Notes: generated from the letters alone by a model not told the origin. DNA of 64,000 nucleotides from Parcubacteria group bacterium (GCA_041674205.1 JBAYWF010000006.1:410-64409); one strand, 5' to 3'. Positions 27,517 through 38,945 are shown, counted from the first letter of the stretch. Program-made: numbers and translations.

Positions 27517-29262
27517 TTATTCTTTGGTTACTCTCAAAATTTCTTCGATCGAGGTGATCCCATTGACCGCTTTGATAAATCCGTCTTCCACCATCGTCAC
27601 CATCCCTTTTTTCTTGGCGGCCTTTTCCACCTCTTCAGTCGGCGCTTTCTGCGAAATCATCTTTTCCATATCCGCGTCCACTTCCAGGACCTCATAGATC
27701 CCGCTCCGGCCACGATAACCTTCATTGCCGCATTGTTCGCACCCGACGGATTTATATAGCGTTATTTCTTCCCAACTGGCCTTGCCCGCCACCAATTCCT
27801 TGGTACTGTCATTTTTTTTGATCACCTCGAAAATCGAACCCATATCATAACTGTCGTTCAATATCACCAACTCCTTGGTTGTCATCTTATATTCCTTTTT
27901 GCAATCCGGACAAAGCTTGCGCACCAACCGCTGGGCGATGATGACATTCACCGTGGAAGCTACCATAAACGGCTCCGCGCCCATATCGATGATCCTGGGC
28001 AAAGTCGCCGCCGCGCTATTGGTATGGAGCGTCGACAAAACCAAGTGGCCGGTCAATGCGGCGTGGATGGCCATCTCCAGCGTTTCTTGATCGCGGATTT
28101 CCCCGACCATTATGATATCGGGGTCCTGGCGCAAAAGGGCTCTGAGTCCGGCCGCGAAAGTCAGGCCGACTTTCGTATAAATCTGGGTTTGATTGACTCT
28201 CGGCATCCGATATTCGACCGGGTCTTCGACCGTGCTGATATTGACTTCCGGCGTATTCAAAATATCCATAATCGTATACAAAGTCGTCGTTTTTCCCGAA
28301 CCGGTCGGACCGGTCACCAGAATCATCCCATTCGGCTTTTTAATCTGCCGATGCACGATCTCCAAGCCGAATCCGCCCAGACCCATTTTTTCCAAAGTAA
28401 GCCCTTTGGAATTTTCATTCAAAAGACGCATTACGATTTTCTCGCCATCAAATATCGGCAAAATACTTACCCGGAAGGAAATCTTCATATCTTCCTTCTC
28501 AATTTTGAACCGGCCGTCCTGCGGCACCCGGTGTTCATCCAGCTTGAGATTGGACAGAACCTTGATCCGGGCGATGATGCCGTGCTTGATCTGTTTAGGC
28601 AAAGTCATCGCGTCATGCAAGATGCCGTCGATGCGGTAGCGCACCCGGATTTCTTTTTCATCCGGTTCGATATGGATATCGCTGGCTTCCTGTAAAATAG
28701 CATGCTTTATCAACGTATCGACTATCCGGATGATAGGCAGGCCTTGCGCCACCTTTTCCAAGTCCTCGTCTTCGCCGTCACCCACCTCCGAAGAATTCTT
28801 TTCGATGATATCGCCGAACTCAGCCTTCAAGCTTTTTTCATATTGCTTCAAAATCACATTGATGCTGTTCTCGGAAGTCAGACAAGTTATGATTTTCAAA
28901 CCGGTTTTTTTGCGGATAAAATCGACCGTCTGGATGTCTTCCGGATTCAGCATCGCCAGTTTGAGCTCTTGGGCGTTTTTCTCGAAAGCCACGATCTTAT
29001 ATTTTTTGGCGATCGGCTCCGGTACGATTTGCAATATATCCGCCGGCACGATTTCCTTGGACAAATCGACGAAAGGCACTCCCAAAATATACGCGTACAA
29101 TTCCCGCAATTTGACTTCGTCGATCAGTTTCTTTTCCAACAATATCTCGCCTAAATGCTTGTTGCCATTCTGGGAATCAGCATATGCCAAATCAAGCTCC
29201 TCGACTTTTATCAACTCGGAGTCCTTGATGAATTCATACAATTGCTTATTTTCTATCCTCAT
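27517..29262 (-). CDS. pilB: type IV pilus assembly ATPase (GspE/PilB)
   Basis: SDIHIEP, GPTGSGKTTT, LRQDPD, TGHLVLSTLH, CxxC pairs. Confidence 0.95.
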   Translation of the reverse strand: MRIENKQLYEFIKDSELIKVEELDLAYADSQNGNKHLGEILLEKKLIDEVKLRELYAYILGVPFVDLSKEIVPADILQIVPEPIAKKYKIVAFEKNAQELKLAMLNPEDIQTVDFIRKKTGLKIITCLTSENSINVILKQYEKSLKAEFGDIIEKNSSEVGDGEDEDLEKVAQGLPIIRIVDTLIKHAILQEASDIHIEPDEKEIRVRYRIDGILHDAMTLPKQIKHGIIARIKVLSNLKLDEHRVPQDGRFKIEKEDMKISFRVSILPIFDGEKIVMRLLNENSKGLTLEKMGLGGFGLEIVHRQIKKPNGMILVTGPTGSGKTTTLYTIMDILNTPEVNISTVEDPVEYRMPRVNQTQIYTKVGLTFAAGLRALLRQDPDIIMVGEIRDQETLEMAIHAALTGHLVLSTLHTNSAAATLPRIIDMGAEPFMVASTVNVIIAQRLVRKLCPDCKKEYKMTTKELVILNDSYDMGSIFEVIKKNDSTKELVAGKASWEEITLYKSVGCEQCGNEGYRGRSGIYEVLEVDADMEKMISQKAPTEEVEKAAKKKGMVTMVEDGFIKAVNGITSIEEILRVTKE

Positions 29263-29636
29263 TTCAATTTCAACGTTTCTTTTATTTTATCAGCGATTTC
29301 TTTCAGATTGTAATTCGACTTCACGAGATAGGTACTTACTCCCAAATCGAAAGCCCGGCCGATGTCTTCGGTCCTCTCCAGATTGGTCAGCAGGATGATC
29401 GGAATCTTATTGGTTCTCTCATCCTCCCGCAATTCGGTCAAGACCTCGAAACCGTCTTTCTTGGGCAGGATTATATCCAGCGAGATCAGATCCGGTTTTT
29501 CACTTTTAGCCAATTTGACGGCCATTTCGCCATCGCCGGCGCTGATGACGTCGAAATTTTCCGTCAGCAAGAATTCCTTCAAAGCGTTATGCAATGAATT
29601 TTCGTCTTCAACAATCAAAATCTTTTTCTTTTTCAT
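29259..29636 (-). CDS. single-domain response regulator
   Basis: ILIVEDE, LDIILPKKDG, LTN, YLVK. Confidence 0.93.
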   Translation of the reverse strand: MKKKKILIVEDENSLHNALKEFLLTENFDVISAGDGEMAVKLAKSEKPDLISLDIILPKKDGFEVLTELREDERTNKIPIILLTNLERTEDIGRAFDLGVSTYLVKSNYNLKEIADKIKETLKLK

Positions 29637-29655
29637 ATGGATGATAAAAAAATAA

Positions 29656-30612
29656 TTACGCCGCCGGCAACGAAAAACAGAATATCGATCCGGTATGCTC
29701 CCGGGAATGGAACCACATCCGTCCACCGGATTGTTCAATGATATTTTTAGCGATATATAAACCCAATCCGGTCCCCTCCGTCTGGTATTTCACGATATTG
29801 TCGCTTCGGAAAAATTTGCTGAAAACCTGGACTTGCTGTTCTTTCGGTATGCCCACGCCGTTATCCCGGATACTGAAAACCACGAAGCCCCGCTTTTTTG
29901 ACAAATCTATTTCAATCCGGCCGTAAGCGCCGGTATATTTGATCGCATTGCTGAAAAGATTTTCTATGACCAGTTTCAATTTTTCCTGGTCCGATAGCAC
30001 GCTCAAGGGCTTGCATCTGTCCGTCTTGCATTTGCGGGCGCTCTGGAACACGACTTTCATCTTTTTTTCTTTGATCAACGGCAAAAACTCACCGCTTATT
30101 TCAGTGACTATTCCGGCGATATCGACTTTTTCCCTTTTCAAAATCAACCTGCCCTGGTCGATCCGGGTCACATCCAAAAGATCGTTGACCAGGCGCGTCA
30201 TCCTGGTGGCCAATAGATTTATGGTATTGATGCTTTGGCGCTGTTTTTTATTCAAGCCGCGATCAAGCTTGCTGAGCATCAGTTCGGTTTCCCAGCGGAT
30301 AGCCGATAACGGGGTGCGCAATTGATGGGAGGCCACCGAAACGAATTCAGTTTTCATCTTGCTCAAAGTATCGATTTCCTCGAATTGCCCGATGATATAT
30401 TTGCCGATTGAAAAGATGCAGGCGACGACCACGCTTTCGGCCACCACCAGGAATTCCGGCCTGTCATATTGCTTGGAAATATAGTAAGTCACCGCCATCG
30501 CCACGGCGTTGATGATTCCTATTATGATGAACAAAAAACTCGGGGTTCTCCAAATGCTTACCCCTAATTTATCCGCTTGTCTTTTTAAGTTAAGGTCATT
30601 TTCAATATGCAT
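29656..30612 (-). CDS. sensor histidine kinase
   Basis: SHQLRTPL, NAIKY, DNGVGIP, GTGLGL. Confidence 0.95.
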   Translation of the reverse strand: MHIENDLNLKRQADKLGVSIWRTPSFLFIIIGIINAVAMAVTYYISKQYDRPEFLVVAESVVVACIFSIGKYIIGQFEEIDTLSKMKTEFVSVASHQLRTPLSAIRWETELMLSKLDRGLNKKQRQSINTINLLATRMTRLVNDLLDVTRIDQGRLILKREKVDIAGIVTEISGEFLPLIKEKKMKVVFQSARKCKTDRCKPLSVLSDQEKLKLVIENLFSNAIKYTGAYGRIEIDLSKKRGFVVFSIRDNGVGIPKEQQVQVFSKFFRSDNIVKYQTEGTGLGLYIAKNIIEQSGGRMWFHSREHTGSIFCFSLPAA

Positions 30613-30686
30613 TTTGATTTTTATTTTCTATTGGCATTATACCATAAAAACAATTCATTTGGAACAGAAAAAGTTTCCCGAAAACC

Positions 30687-30713
30687 GAAAGCCAGCTTCA
30701 GCAGCTGGCTTTC
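30687..30713. terminator. hairpin after the 799-aa gene
   Basis: GAAAGCCAGCT-loop-AGCTGGCTTTC. Confidence 0.7.
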
Positions 30714-30742
30714 TTTCTCCGGCCCGGATACGGACTGGTTTA

Positions 30743-33142
30743 CTAATTCGGATTCACTTCCTTCCAATTGAGATCAAGCGACCTGTTGGCGCTGCAGGAT
30801 TCATTAACGGTGCTGCAGATGCCGTTGCAAGTCCAATCCCAGGAATCATTCGTGCCGGAAACCGCGGACGGGTTGCCGGAAGAACATAGGTCGCTGGTCG
30901 GCTCGGACATAAACTCCTGTCCGTCAGCCGCGCCGCAATTGCCTGGTACGGAAGTGATGGACAAGCAAGTCCTGTTCGTATACGTCCCGGACAGGGTGCC
31001 ATTGGTGCAGGTGCGGGTTTGGTCGGCCGTGGTGCAATCGCAAGTCTGGGTGGTATTGTAGGCCGTGACGCTTGAACCGGAAGGGATGGTGCCGCCCCAA
31101 GGGAGGGGGCAAGGTGCCGCGCAGGTCTGTACGCTGCAAGTTCTGTTGGTATATGTGCCGGACAAGACTCCATTGGTGCAGGTGCGGGTTTGGGAGACAG
31201 TGGAGCAAGAGGAACCGCAAGCGACTGATGGTAAACGGTAGGCCGTGACGCTCGAGCCGGAAGCGATAGTGCCGCCCCAAGGGAGGGCGCAAGGATTAGC
31301 GATAACAGTAAATGGGATGTACAAGTTTTCATGTATTAATCTACTCCAACAAGAAACACCATTGACCACAGTGCTCGCTCCCTTCGCACAATACTTTTTT
31401 AAATGATCTTCCATTGGCAAATAACTCAGTATGAATGTGGCATTTCCATTCTTATTTCCTGGCACTCCTAAATTTATCGTGCTTGGAAGGATATTTATTG
31501 CCCCACCCGTCCAATTCCAATATGCCGTAATATGTTTTGCCGCCCCTACTGGCGTTTTAGCATCGATATCAGCACTCATTTCCGGCCAATTACCACATGT
31601 AGCTATTGACATAGAAGCAGTCGCATACACAGAATCTGTTGGTTTATACGTCCGACTATTAATATCATAATTTATAGTCAAATGCGGGGAACTAAGACCC
31701 GATGTTCCCTTCACCAGCAATGTTATTGCCTTTGCATCTCTAGCATTTCCCAAAAACAATCCACCCATTATTGCACAAAACACAATTACAAAAAAGCTGT
31801 TCCTATATTTAATCCCCATAGCAATAATCGAAATCACAAACAATATTACCAAAAAAATCAGAATGAATTTGAAATTAAAATCTTCAGGATTATCCGCAAT
31901 GTACTTTTGTGGCTCATTTTTAACGACCATATCTTGACTGTTAATTTTGAAATTCTTACTATCCAAAACATTTCCCTTATCATCTTTAATGCTCGCGAAC
32001 ACCCCTGGGTTAATGCAATCAGATTTTATCTGCAATTCATAATTAACAAATTCGGCATTCGGATCAAGCTCATTTATCATATCAGCGCATATTTGGTCGT
32101 TTGAATTTTTTATCACGACATCGACATCCATCGCTCCGTTATCAGTTTGGCTAAGTCTCGATCCTTGGAAATTATCTGCGGACGGAGACCAGAAAAAAGA
32201 AACTTTCGCTGATTCTCCTTCTTTGTAGTAATCCCTATCGATTTGCAAATTTTGAATAGTAGCGCTCAACCCCCTGACGACATATCTGAGATTAACCTTA
32301 TTAGAAATAATTTCACCCCCTTGTCTTCGTAGAAACAGTGCGACATTATATGCTTGCGGCGTTTCAATCTTAGGCAAGAAAAAATAAACTTCTTTTTCTT
32401 CTTTATTTAAAGTAATATTTTGTTTATCCTCTATGGCAATTTCAACTTCCTCTCCAAAAATACTCCGCCTATTAATCACGAACTCAGGAATAATCTCCGA
32501 TGATTGGTTTAGGTGATTGTCGATATCGCAATAAACAATAAGGCTTTCTTCTGGCTCGATATCAACGCCTTGAACTATGGAATATTTTTTAGCCTCATTT
32601 TCCCCCTCGACCTTCAAATAACAGTTTCTCAATTCTACGTATTGATTATTCCCCGAAAAACTGACGCTGCCGATATCGGACATAGCCAATCTCAAACCAT
32701 TTTGATTTTCAACAGTCAAAAAAATCCTATACTCTCCGGAAAAATATTCAGGCGCCCGATATTCTATCTCCTTTTTAATAACCTCGTTTTCCCTCAAAAC
32801 AATCGTCTCTGGATAAATTTTTTCATCGACAAGAATTTGCTTGCCGTCCTCTTGCCTAACTAAATGCAAGGCATATCTTACGCCAGGCTGAATTTGTTGC
32901 CTATTGTTAATATCAAAACTTATCCGAATATAGTTATTTTCTTGCGAAATAATTTTAGCATCATAAACACTAACATCAGCAACTACGATAAAGTCCAAAT
33001 TGCCTGATTCTTGTTGGTTTAATTCGCTATCATACGTGGGATGTTCATCCTGTAATTGTTGCTGGGCATTGATAGTAGGAATGAAAAAAGCCATCGTGAA
33101 AATGGCCAAGGCGGAGGCGAGGATCGATTTGGTTTTTCGCAT
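30743..33142 (-). CDS. large secreted/membrane protein with C-terminal Cys-rich repeats
   Basis: Signal peptide, beta-rich ectodomain, TM plus second signal-like segment, two CxLPWGG...QTRTCTNG repeats. Confidence 0.85.
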   Translation of the reverse strand: MRKTKSILASALAIFTMAFFIPTINAQQQLQDEHPTYDSELNQQESGNLDFIVVADVSVYDAKIISQENNYIRISFDINNRQQIQPGVRYALHLVRQEDGKQILVDEKIYPETIVLRENEVIKKEIEYRAPEYFSGEYRIFLTVENQNGLRLAMSDIGSVSFSGNNQYVELRNCYLKVEGENEAKKYSIVQGVDIEPEESLIVYCDIDNHLNQSSEIIPEFVINRRSIFGEEVEIAIEDKQNITLNKEEKEVYFFLPKIETPQAYNVALFLRRQGGEIISNKVNLRYVVRGLSATIQNLQIDRDYYKEGESAKVSFFWSPSADNFQGSRLSQTDNGAMDVDVVIKNSNDQICADMINELDPNAEFVNYELQIKSDCINPGVFASIKDDKGNVLDSKNFKINSQDMVVKNEPQKYIADNPEDFNFKFILIFLVILFVISIIAMGIKYRNSFFVIVFCAIMGGLFLGNARDAKAITLLVKGTSGLSSPHLTINYDINSRTYKPTDSVYATASMSIATCGNWPEMSADIDAKTPVGAAKHITAYWNWTGGAINILPSTINLGVPGNKNGNATFILSYLPMEDHLKKYCAKGASTVVNGVSCWSRLIHENLYIPFTVIANPCALPWGGTIASGSSVTAYRLPSVACGSSCSTVSQTRTCTNGVLSGTYTNRTCSVQTCAAPCPLPWGGTIPSGSSVTAYNTTQTCDCTTADQTRTCTNGTLSGTYTNRTCLSITSVPGNCGAADGQEFMSEPTSDLCSSGNPSAVSGTNDSWDWTCNGICSTVNESCSANRSLDLNWKEVNPN
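30964..31294 (-). repeat. two intragenic copies of a roughly 170-180 bp Cys-rich coding repeat
   Basis: GCCGCCCCAAGGGAGGG at 31091 and 31271; CATTGGTGCAGGTGCGGGTTTGG twice. Confidence 0.85.
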
Positions 33143-33264
33143 ATTTTTTGTTTGAAGGTTTATTTTGGTTTTATTATACCATAAATTTAGCGAAAAAAAA
33201 CAGCCTGTGGATAAACCGCACGCTAGTTTGTGATATTCCTATCGGTAAAATTAATTTGGACTTG

Positions 33265-34230
33265 TCATTCCAACCCTGCCAGCCGTTCTTGGAATTTTTC
33301 AAAGACTTTCGGGCTTTGCGGATCAGGCAGGAAAACCAAAGATTCGTCGGTAGCGATTATCATACTGCCCGACTTGTGCGTCCGCGGATCGGCCGCGATC
33401 CTCCGCAATTGCCAAGCGCGCAGAAAACGCTCGATGGAATCCATTCTGAAAACTTTTTCCCCGATTTTTCTCGCCATTTTCGCTAATTTGCTATCCTTCA
33501 ATAATTTCAGATTGGCCGCTTCATCCGGTTGGTAATGTATTTTATATTTTTTCAGCCAGCCGTTCTTGATTTGGAATTTCTTGAAAGTCTTGCGCCCGAA
33601 AACGGGAGTTATGAAATGATATTCGGAAGCCGAAAAAATATCTTTGAGATTTATCTCCAAAGATTTATCGGTTATGAAATAGTTCAAACACACCCGGTTG
33701 GCGATTTTCAAACCGTACCTTCTCTTGCCCAGAATATGCACCAGGGAAGTCACCAAGGCGCGCCCCGTGAAAATCCTGCCTTTTTTCAGGACGATCAGGA
33801 AATCCAAATCGCTTTTCGGTTCCGTATTCTTCATCGCCAGCCGGCCCGTCAAAGCTATCCCGCGCACGAACGGCACGAACCTCAGCCACCACGCCACCCG
33901 GCGCGCTATTTTAAATTTGGATTCAGCGATCTTATTGCGCCCGATCCGCTGTCCGACCAGATCCTTCCGGCCTTTCAAAAAATAGTATCCCCGATATTCC
34001 TCGATATTTTTTCTTGCGCCATCCCCATCCAATTCCTTGATGACTTCCGCTAAGGAATATCTTTCATTCCGATTATCGGAATCCCCGTCTGGAATCTGCC
34101 TGCCGACCGGCTGATTTAGATTCGAAGTCCTTGTCAGGTATTTCCAAATCTCGAAAGACGTCATCGGATAATCCATAACGTCATAATAGGCCAGGGTCGT
34201 AATGATATGTTTGGAGAGGTCGCTTTGCAT
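33265..34230 (-). CDS. nucleotidyltransferase-like hypothetical protein
   Basis: LTGRLAM...SDLDFLIV Pol-beta-type motif; start MQSDLSKH. Confidence 0.75.
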   Translation of the reverse strand: MQSDLSKHIITTLAYYDVMDYPMTSFEIWKYLTRTSNLNQPVGRQIPDGDSDNRNERYSLAEVIKELDGDGARKNIEEYRGYYFLKGRKDLVGQRIGRNKIAESKFKIARRVAWWLRFVPFVRGIALTGRLAMKNTEPKSDLDFLIVLKKGRIFTGRALVTSLVHILGKRRYGLKIANRVCLNYFITDKSLEINLKDIFSASEYHFITPVFGRKTFKKFQIKNGWLKKYKIHYQPDEAANLKLLKDSKLAKMARKIGEKVFRMDSIERFLRAWQLRRIAADPRTHKSGSMIIATDESLVFLPDPQSPKVFEKFQERLAGLE

Positions 34231-34234
34231 AATT

Positions 34235-37087
34235 TTAAAGATATTTCCCCGTCCAACTCCTTTTGGCATTTTTCAGCTTGTCCGGAGTTCCGGAAAAAAC
34301 GACTTCCCCGCCCTTGTCGCCGCCGTCCGGTCCGAGATCGATCACCCAATCGGAATTACGGATGACATCGATATTATGCTCGACCACCAGCACTGAATTA
34401 CCTTTATCCACCAGCGCATCCAGGACGCCCAATAGCCTCTTCACATCCTCAAAATGCAGACCGATGGTCGGTTCGTCCAAAATATACAATGTTTTTCCCG
34501 TCGATTTCCGGGAAAGCTCGGTAGCCAATTTGATCCTTTGCGCCTCACCGCCTGACAGGTTGGTCGCGCTCTGACCCAATTTCAGATAACCCAAACCGAC
34601 TTGTTCAAGAGTGCGCAGTTTTTCCACCACCAAAGGTGACTTCTTGAAAAAACACAGGGCGTAGGAAACGCTCATATCCAACACTTCGGCAATATTCACT
34701 CCCTGATATTCGATATCAAGCGTTTTTTGGTTATATCTAGTGCCGCCGCAGGATTCGCATTTGACATACATATCCGGCAGAAGATGCATCTCTATTTTCT
34801 TAGTCCCGTCCCCCTGGCAGACTTCGCATCGTCCGCCCTTCATATTGAAACTGAACCGGCTTGGAGTATATCCCCGGCTTTTGGCTTCCTCCGTAGAAAC
34901 GAACAACTCGCGGATCAACGAGAACACGCCCGTGTAGGTTGCGGCATTGGAACGCGGAGTCCGGCCGATAGGGGATTGGTTGATGCTGATGACTTTGTCG
35001 ATATTGCCCAAACCCTTGATCTTATTGTGCGCTCCCGGCACATCTTTCGCGCCGAAAAAATGCCTTGCCAACGCCTTCGCCAGGATATCCGAAACCAAAG
35101 TCGATTTGCCTGAACCCGATACGCCAGTAATGGAAACGAATTTCCCCAGCGGTATTTCCACATCTATTTTTTTCAAATTATGCTCCTTGGCTCCGATAAT
35201 CTCGATCGATTTCTTGTTGCCTTTGCGGAAAGATTTTTTGTCCGCGACCTTTTTCTTGCCGGTCAGATATTGGGCGGTCAGGTTTTTGGAATTCAACAAT
35301 TTCTTAAAATCACCTTGGAAAATCACCTGCCCACCTTCTTCTCCCGCGCCCGGACCCATATCGATTATCCAATCGGCTTTGCGGATGATGTCATCATCGT
35401 GCTCCACTACGATCAACGAATTGCCGGCCTCTTTCAATGCCTGCATCGTACTGATTAATTTTTCCGTATCGCGGTTATGCAATCCGATGGACGGTTCATC
35501 CAGGACGTAGGTGATGCCCATCAATTCCGAACCGATCTGGGTTGCCAGCCTGATCCGCTGGGCTTCGCCGCCTGAAATCGAATTGGCTCCGCGGGAAAGC
35601 GAGAGATATTCCAATCCGACGTTTATAAGCGCCTCGGTTTTCAACTTCATTTCTTTGATCAGAGGCGCGGCGATATCCCGCTTGGACCTGTCAGTCTTTG
35701 AATCGGCGGCCAGCTCCTCCAAAAATGCCACGAATTTGACCAGATCCATCTTCACCACGTCATCAATCGACTTTTCCTTGACCATCACCGCCAAAAATTT
35801 ATCCTTCAACCTTTGGCCGGTGCAGACCGGACAGGTTTTTTCCAACATATATTTCTCCAAATCATTCCGGACATAATCCGAACTGGCTTCCTGGTATTTC
35901 CTTTTGAGGATCGGGACCACGCCGTCAAACATCACCCGCACTTCTTTCACGCCGCCCATATCATCCTTCTGTTCTATTAGGAGTTCCTTTTTTTCCGGTC
36001 CATAAAAAATAGTTTCCAATGCCTCCGGTGAAAGTTTTTTGACCGGCAACGCCACTGAAAAACCGTATTCTTTCCCCAAAACTTCCAATATATGGAGATA
36101 ATTGTTATGCCCGTTGCCACGGCCGTTCGTTTTGCTCCACGGTAAAATTGCCCCTTCCGCAAGCGTCAGATTTTTATTGGGCATCACCAGATCAATATCA
36201 ACCTCTTTGGTGATACCTAAACCGGAGCAATGGGCGCAAGCCCCTTCCGGACTATTGAAAGAAAAATGGCGGGGGGTTATTTCCGAAATCCGCGTATGGC
36301 AATCATGGCAGACGAAATCCTTATTATATACCCGGTCTTCGACATTATCGATCGAAACCATAACGGAACCGTTGCCGACTTTCAAAGCCGTTTCAATCGA
36401 ATCCAAAATCCTTTCGCTATCCGGATTCTTATGCTTGATAGCTACCCGGTCCACTACGACTTCGATCGCATTTTCAACCTGTTCGCTGGCAATCATCAAA
36501 GCTTCACTGACCAGCATTATCTTGCCGTTAAGGCGCGCCCGCGCATAGCCGATCTGGCTTACGCAACGCAAAATTTCCTTGGAACTTTTCCCGTCATCTT
36601 TTATCTTAGCTAGGATCGATACCTGCGTTTGATCCGGCAATCCCAAAAGTTCATCCAGCATCTCTTGATTGCTCTTGCGCGTCATCACGGCACCGCACTT
36701 CGGACAATGCGGCGCGCCGACCTTAGCAAACAGCACGCGCAGATAATCATAGATTTCCGTCAACGTCCCGACCGTCGATCGCGGGCTGCGGCTCAAACTT
36801 TTTTGGTCGATGGAAATCGTCGGACTCAGGTTTTCCACTTTATCCACATCAGGCTTCGCTCCCACATCCAGGAATTGCCGCGCATATGAAGACATCCCTT
36901 CCAAATATCGACGGTTGCCTTCGGCATAAATCACATCGAACGCCAATGATGATTTCCCCGATCCGGACAGCCCCGTCACGACCACCAATTGGTCGCGTGG
37001 TACGTCGATATCCACATTTTTCAAATTATTGACCCGGGCGCCTCTGATAATGATCTTATCTCTGACTTTTGGAGTGACTTTGGCCAT
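34235..37087 (-). CDS. uvrA: excinuclease ABC subunit A (second paralog)
   Basis: Two ABC cassettes ([18 protein letters not shown]), SGGEAQRI, Zn fingers. Confidence 0.96.
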   Translation of the reverse strand: MAKVTPKVRDKIIIRGARVNNLKNVDIDVPRDQLVVVTGLSGSGKSSLAFDVIYAEGNRRYLEGMSSYARQFLDVGAKPDVDKVENLSPTISIDQKSLSRSPRSTVGTLTEIYDYLRVLFAKVGAPHCPKCGAVMTRKSNQEMLDELLGLPDQTQVSILAKIKDDGKSSKEILRCVSQIGYARARLNGKIMLVSEALMIASEQVENAIEVVVDRVAIKHKNPDSERILDSIETALKVGNGSVMVSIDNVEDRVYNKDFVCHDCHTRISEITPRHFSFNSPEGACAHCSGLGITKEVDIDLVMPNKNLTLAEGAILPWSKTNGRGNGHNNYLHILEVLGKEYGFSVALPVKKLSPEALETIFYGPEKKELLIEQKDDMGGVKEVRVMFDGVVPILKRKYQEASSDYVRNDLEKYMLEKTCPVCTGQRLKDKFLAVMVKEKSIDDVVKMDLVKFVAFLEELAADSKTDRSKRDIAAPLIKEMKLKTEALINVGLEYLSLSRGANSISGGEAQRIRLATQIGSELMGITYVLDEPSIGLHNRDTEKLISTMQALKEAGNSLIVVEHDDDIIRKADWIIDMGPGAGEEGGQVIFQGDFKKLLNSKNLTAQYLTGKKKVADKKSFRKGNKKSIEIIGAKEHNLKKIDVEIPLGKFVSITGVSGSGKSTLVSDILAKALARHFFGAKDVPGAHNKIKGLGNIDKVISINQSPIGRTPRSNAATYTGVFSLIRELFVSTEEAKSRGYTPSRFSFNMKGGRCEVCQGDGTKKIEMHLLPDMYVKCESCGGTRYNQKTLDIEYQGVNIAEVLDMSVSYALCFFKKSPLVVEKLRTLEQVGLGYLKLGQSATNLSGGEAQRIKLATELSRKSTGKTLYILDEPTIGLHFEDVKRLLGVLDALVDKGNSVLVVEHNIDVIRNSDWVIDLGPDGGDKGGEVVFSGTPDKLKNAKRSWTGKYL

Positions 37088-37223
37088 ATTCGTAAATAGT
37101 TGTTAGAAGTAAAAAAATGATATTCTAAATAATTATTTTAGAGCATTCCGGGGTCTTTGTAAAGGAACCGGCCTATTTGGAAATCCAGCTCAATCTTCCG
37201 GAAAAAATCCATATCCACGCCGA

Positions 37224-38507
37224 CTAGATAAACTCGCTTTTCCTCACTTTCCGATGGTATCCGATCGCGAAGCGGTGCGCTTCATCCATAATATTTTTAA
37301 GTAAAAAACTGTCGTGTAATACCTCCTCCACCTCCTTGGAAAAAACGGGCGTCGGATCCGCCTCGCCCGGGACGGACGGGATGATGACTTCGGTTTTTTT
37401 CCTAGTCGGACCTTTCGCTACCGCCGCCAGCGGAATCGCCAATCCCAGATCATATAAAAGTTTTCGCGCCATATTCAAATGCCCCCGGCCTCCATCCAGC
37501 AAAACCAGATCCGGTTGCCGCCACGCGTTCTTGAAACGCCGCAACAGGACCTCGGCCATCATCGCCACATCATTGGCGCCTTCCACGGTCTTTATCCGAA
37601 ATTTGCGATATTCTTTTTTATTCGGCTCTCCATCCTCAAACACGATCATCGAGCCCACCGCCTGCTGGCCGGAGATATTGGAAATATCATAAGCCTCGAT
37701 CCGCAAACTTGCCGCAGGTCCGATTTTCGGCTTGCCGGATGTCGGACCTTCAGACGAGATAAGTGCCACGTCTTGGATATGTTTCAGGGCGAAAATCTTA
37801 TTGCGGATTACAGCCGCCTTTTCAAATTCATCGCCCTTGGCCAATACGTGCATTTCCTTTTCCAACTTTCCAAGCAAGCTTTTTTTCTTGCCCTCCAGAA
37901 TCATCCGGATACCCCGGATATTCTTAGTGTAATCTTTTTTGGAAATCGCCCCGGCATACGGCCCCGGACATCTGCCGAGTTGGAAATCCAGACAACCCTT
38001 TTCCGTTTTTTGCTTATTTGAATGGAAAGGGAAAATTTTCCTGATTATCTTCAGCGCGATTTCCATCTGCTTCTTGCTCGTATACGGTCCGAATGTTTTA
38101 GCATAAACTATTTCGTCTGATTTTTTTGGAATTTTATCCAATTCCGTTTCCCTCAAAATGACCACCCGCGGAAATTCTTCTTTAGTTATGGCGAAATACG
38201 CGAATGATTTGTCATCCTTGCCTAAAACATTATATTTCGGCTGATGTTTCCTGATAAGGTTGGCTTCCCGGATCAACGCATCCAGAACCGAATCCGTTTC
38301 TTCCATTTCAATATCCTCCACCTGATGGATCATCGTTTCAATCGGCCGGTCGCTGCCCTGATAATTCCTAAAATACGAGCTTACCCGACTCCGCAAATCC
38401 GTCGCCTTGCCGATATAGATGATTTCTTTTTTGGCATCGCGAAAAATATACACTCCAGGACCTTGAGGTAATTTCTCTATTTGGTTCTTTAATCTTGACA
38501 AATACAC
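37224..38507 (-). CDS. uvrC: excinuclease ABC subunit C, short form lacking C-terminal HhH
   Basis: GIY-YIG (GVY..IYIGKA), UVR domain, YDISN, DGG, DEAHRFA. Confidence 0.93.
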   Translation of the reverse strand: MYLSRLKNQIEKLPQGPGVYIFRDAKKEIIYIGKATDLRSRVSSYFRNYQGSDRPIETMIHQVEDIEMEETDSVLDALIREANLIRKHQPKYNVLGKDDKSFAYFAITKEEFPRVVILRETELDKIPKKSDEIVYAKTFGPYTSKKQMEIALKIIRKIFPFHSNKQKTEKGCLDFQLGRCPGPYAGAISKKDYTKNIRGIRMILEGKKKSLLGKLEKEMHVLAKGDEFEKAAVIRNKIFALKHIQDVALISSEGPTSGKPKIGPAASLRIEAYDISNISGQQAVGSMIVFEDGEPNKKEYRKFRIKTVEGANDVAMMAEVLLRRFKNAWRQPDLVLLDGGRGHLNMARKLLYDLGLAIPLAAVAKGPTRKKTEVIIPSVPGEADPTPVFSKEVEEVLHDSFLLKNIMDEAHRFAIGYHRKVRKSEFI

Positions 38508-38581
38508 AATGATATCTTACACTAAAAAGTTATTTAAAAAAAACAGCCTTCAAAACTCAACGATTTTACAAGGAGAAGAAA

Positions 38582-38818
38582 ATGAAACAACTTCACTGTT
38601 TTCGGGACAAAACACGCGTATGCGACAACACATGCGCAGCATTTATTGATTCTTCGGAAGCAAGTTCAACAACGCCTACATCTATTACAAAAAATTGTGT
38701 GTTGATCAATGCCAATATTTCAAGCAGCCTGACTCTTGGCCACATGAATAATCTTATTGAGGCAATCCTTGGAAAGCGTTCTCTTCCTGAGATTCCCATC
38801 GTTCTTTCATACAGATAA
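38582..38818 (+). CDS. small Cys-containing hypothetical protein
   Basis: AAGGAG SD; C-x7-C-x3-C; fills the gap between uvrC and uvrA. Confidence 0.5.
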   Translation: MKQLHCFRDKTRVCDNTCAAFIDSSEASSTTPTSITKNCVLINANISSSLTLGHMNNLIEAILGKRSLPEIPIVLSYR

Positions 38819-38945
38819 GTATTGAAGTTTGAAATACTCGCCCGGATTATAGAAGCTGCGCAAGTCACCATTTGCTGCAGCTTTTTTTTAAATTTCAAAA
38901 TACACAAAAACTTACACAAATATATGTTTGTTGCATATATTCCAA

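Noticed and set aside
30964-31294. Repeat pair as DGR TR/VR
   Set aside because: Both copies are in-frame in one ORF and the differences include indels and non-adenine changes
33206-33214. DnaA box TGTGGATAA as oriC
   Set aside because: Isolated box with no cluster or dnaA nearby
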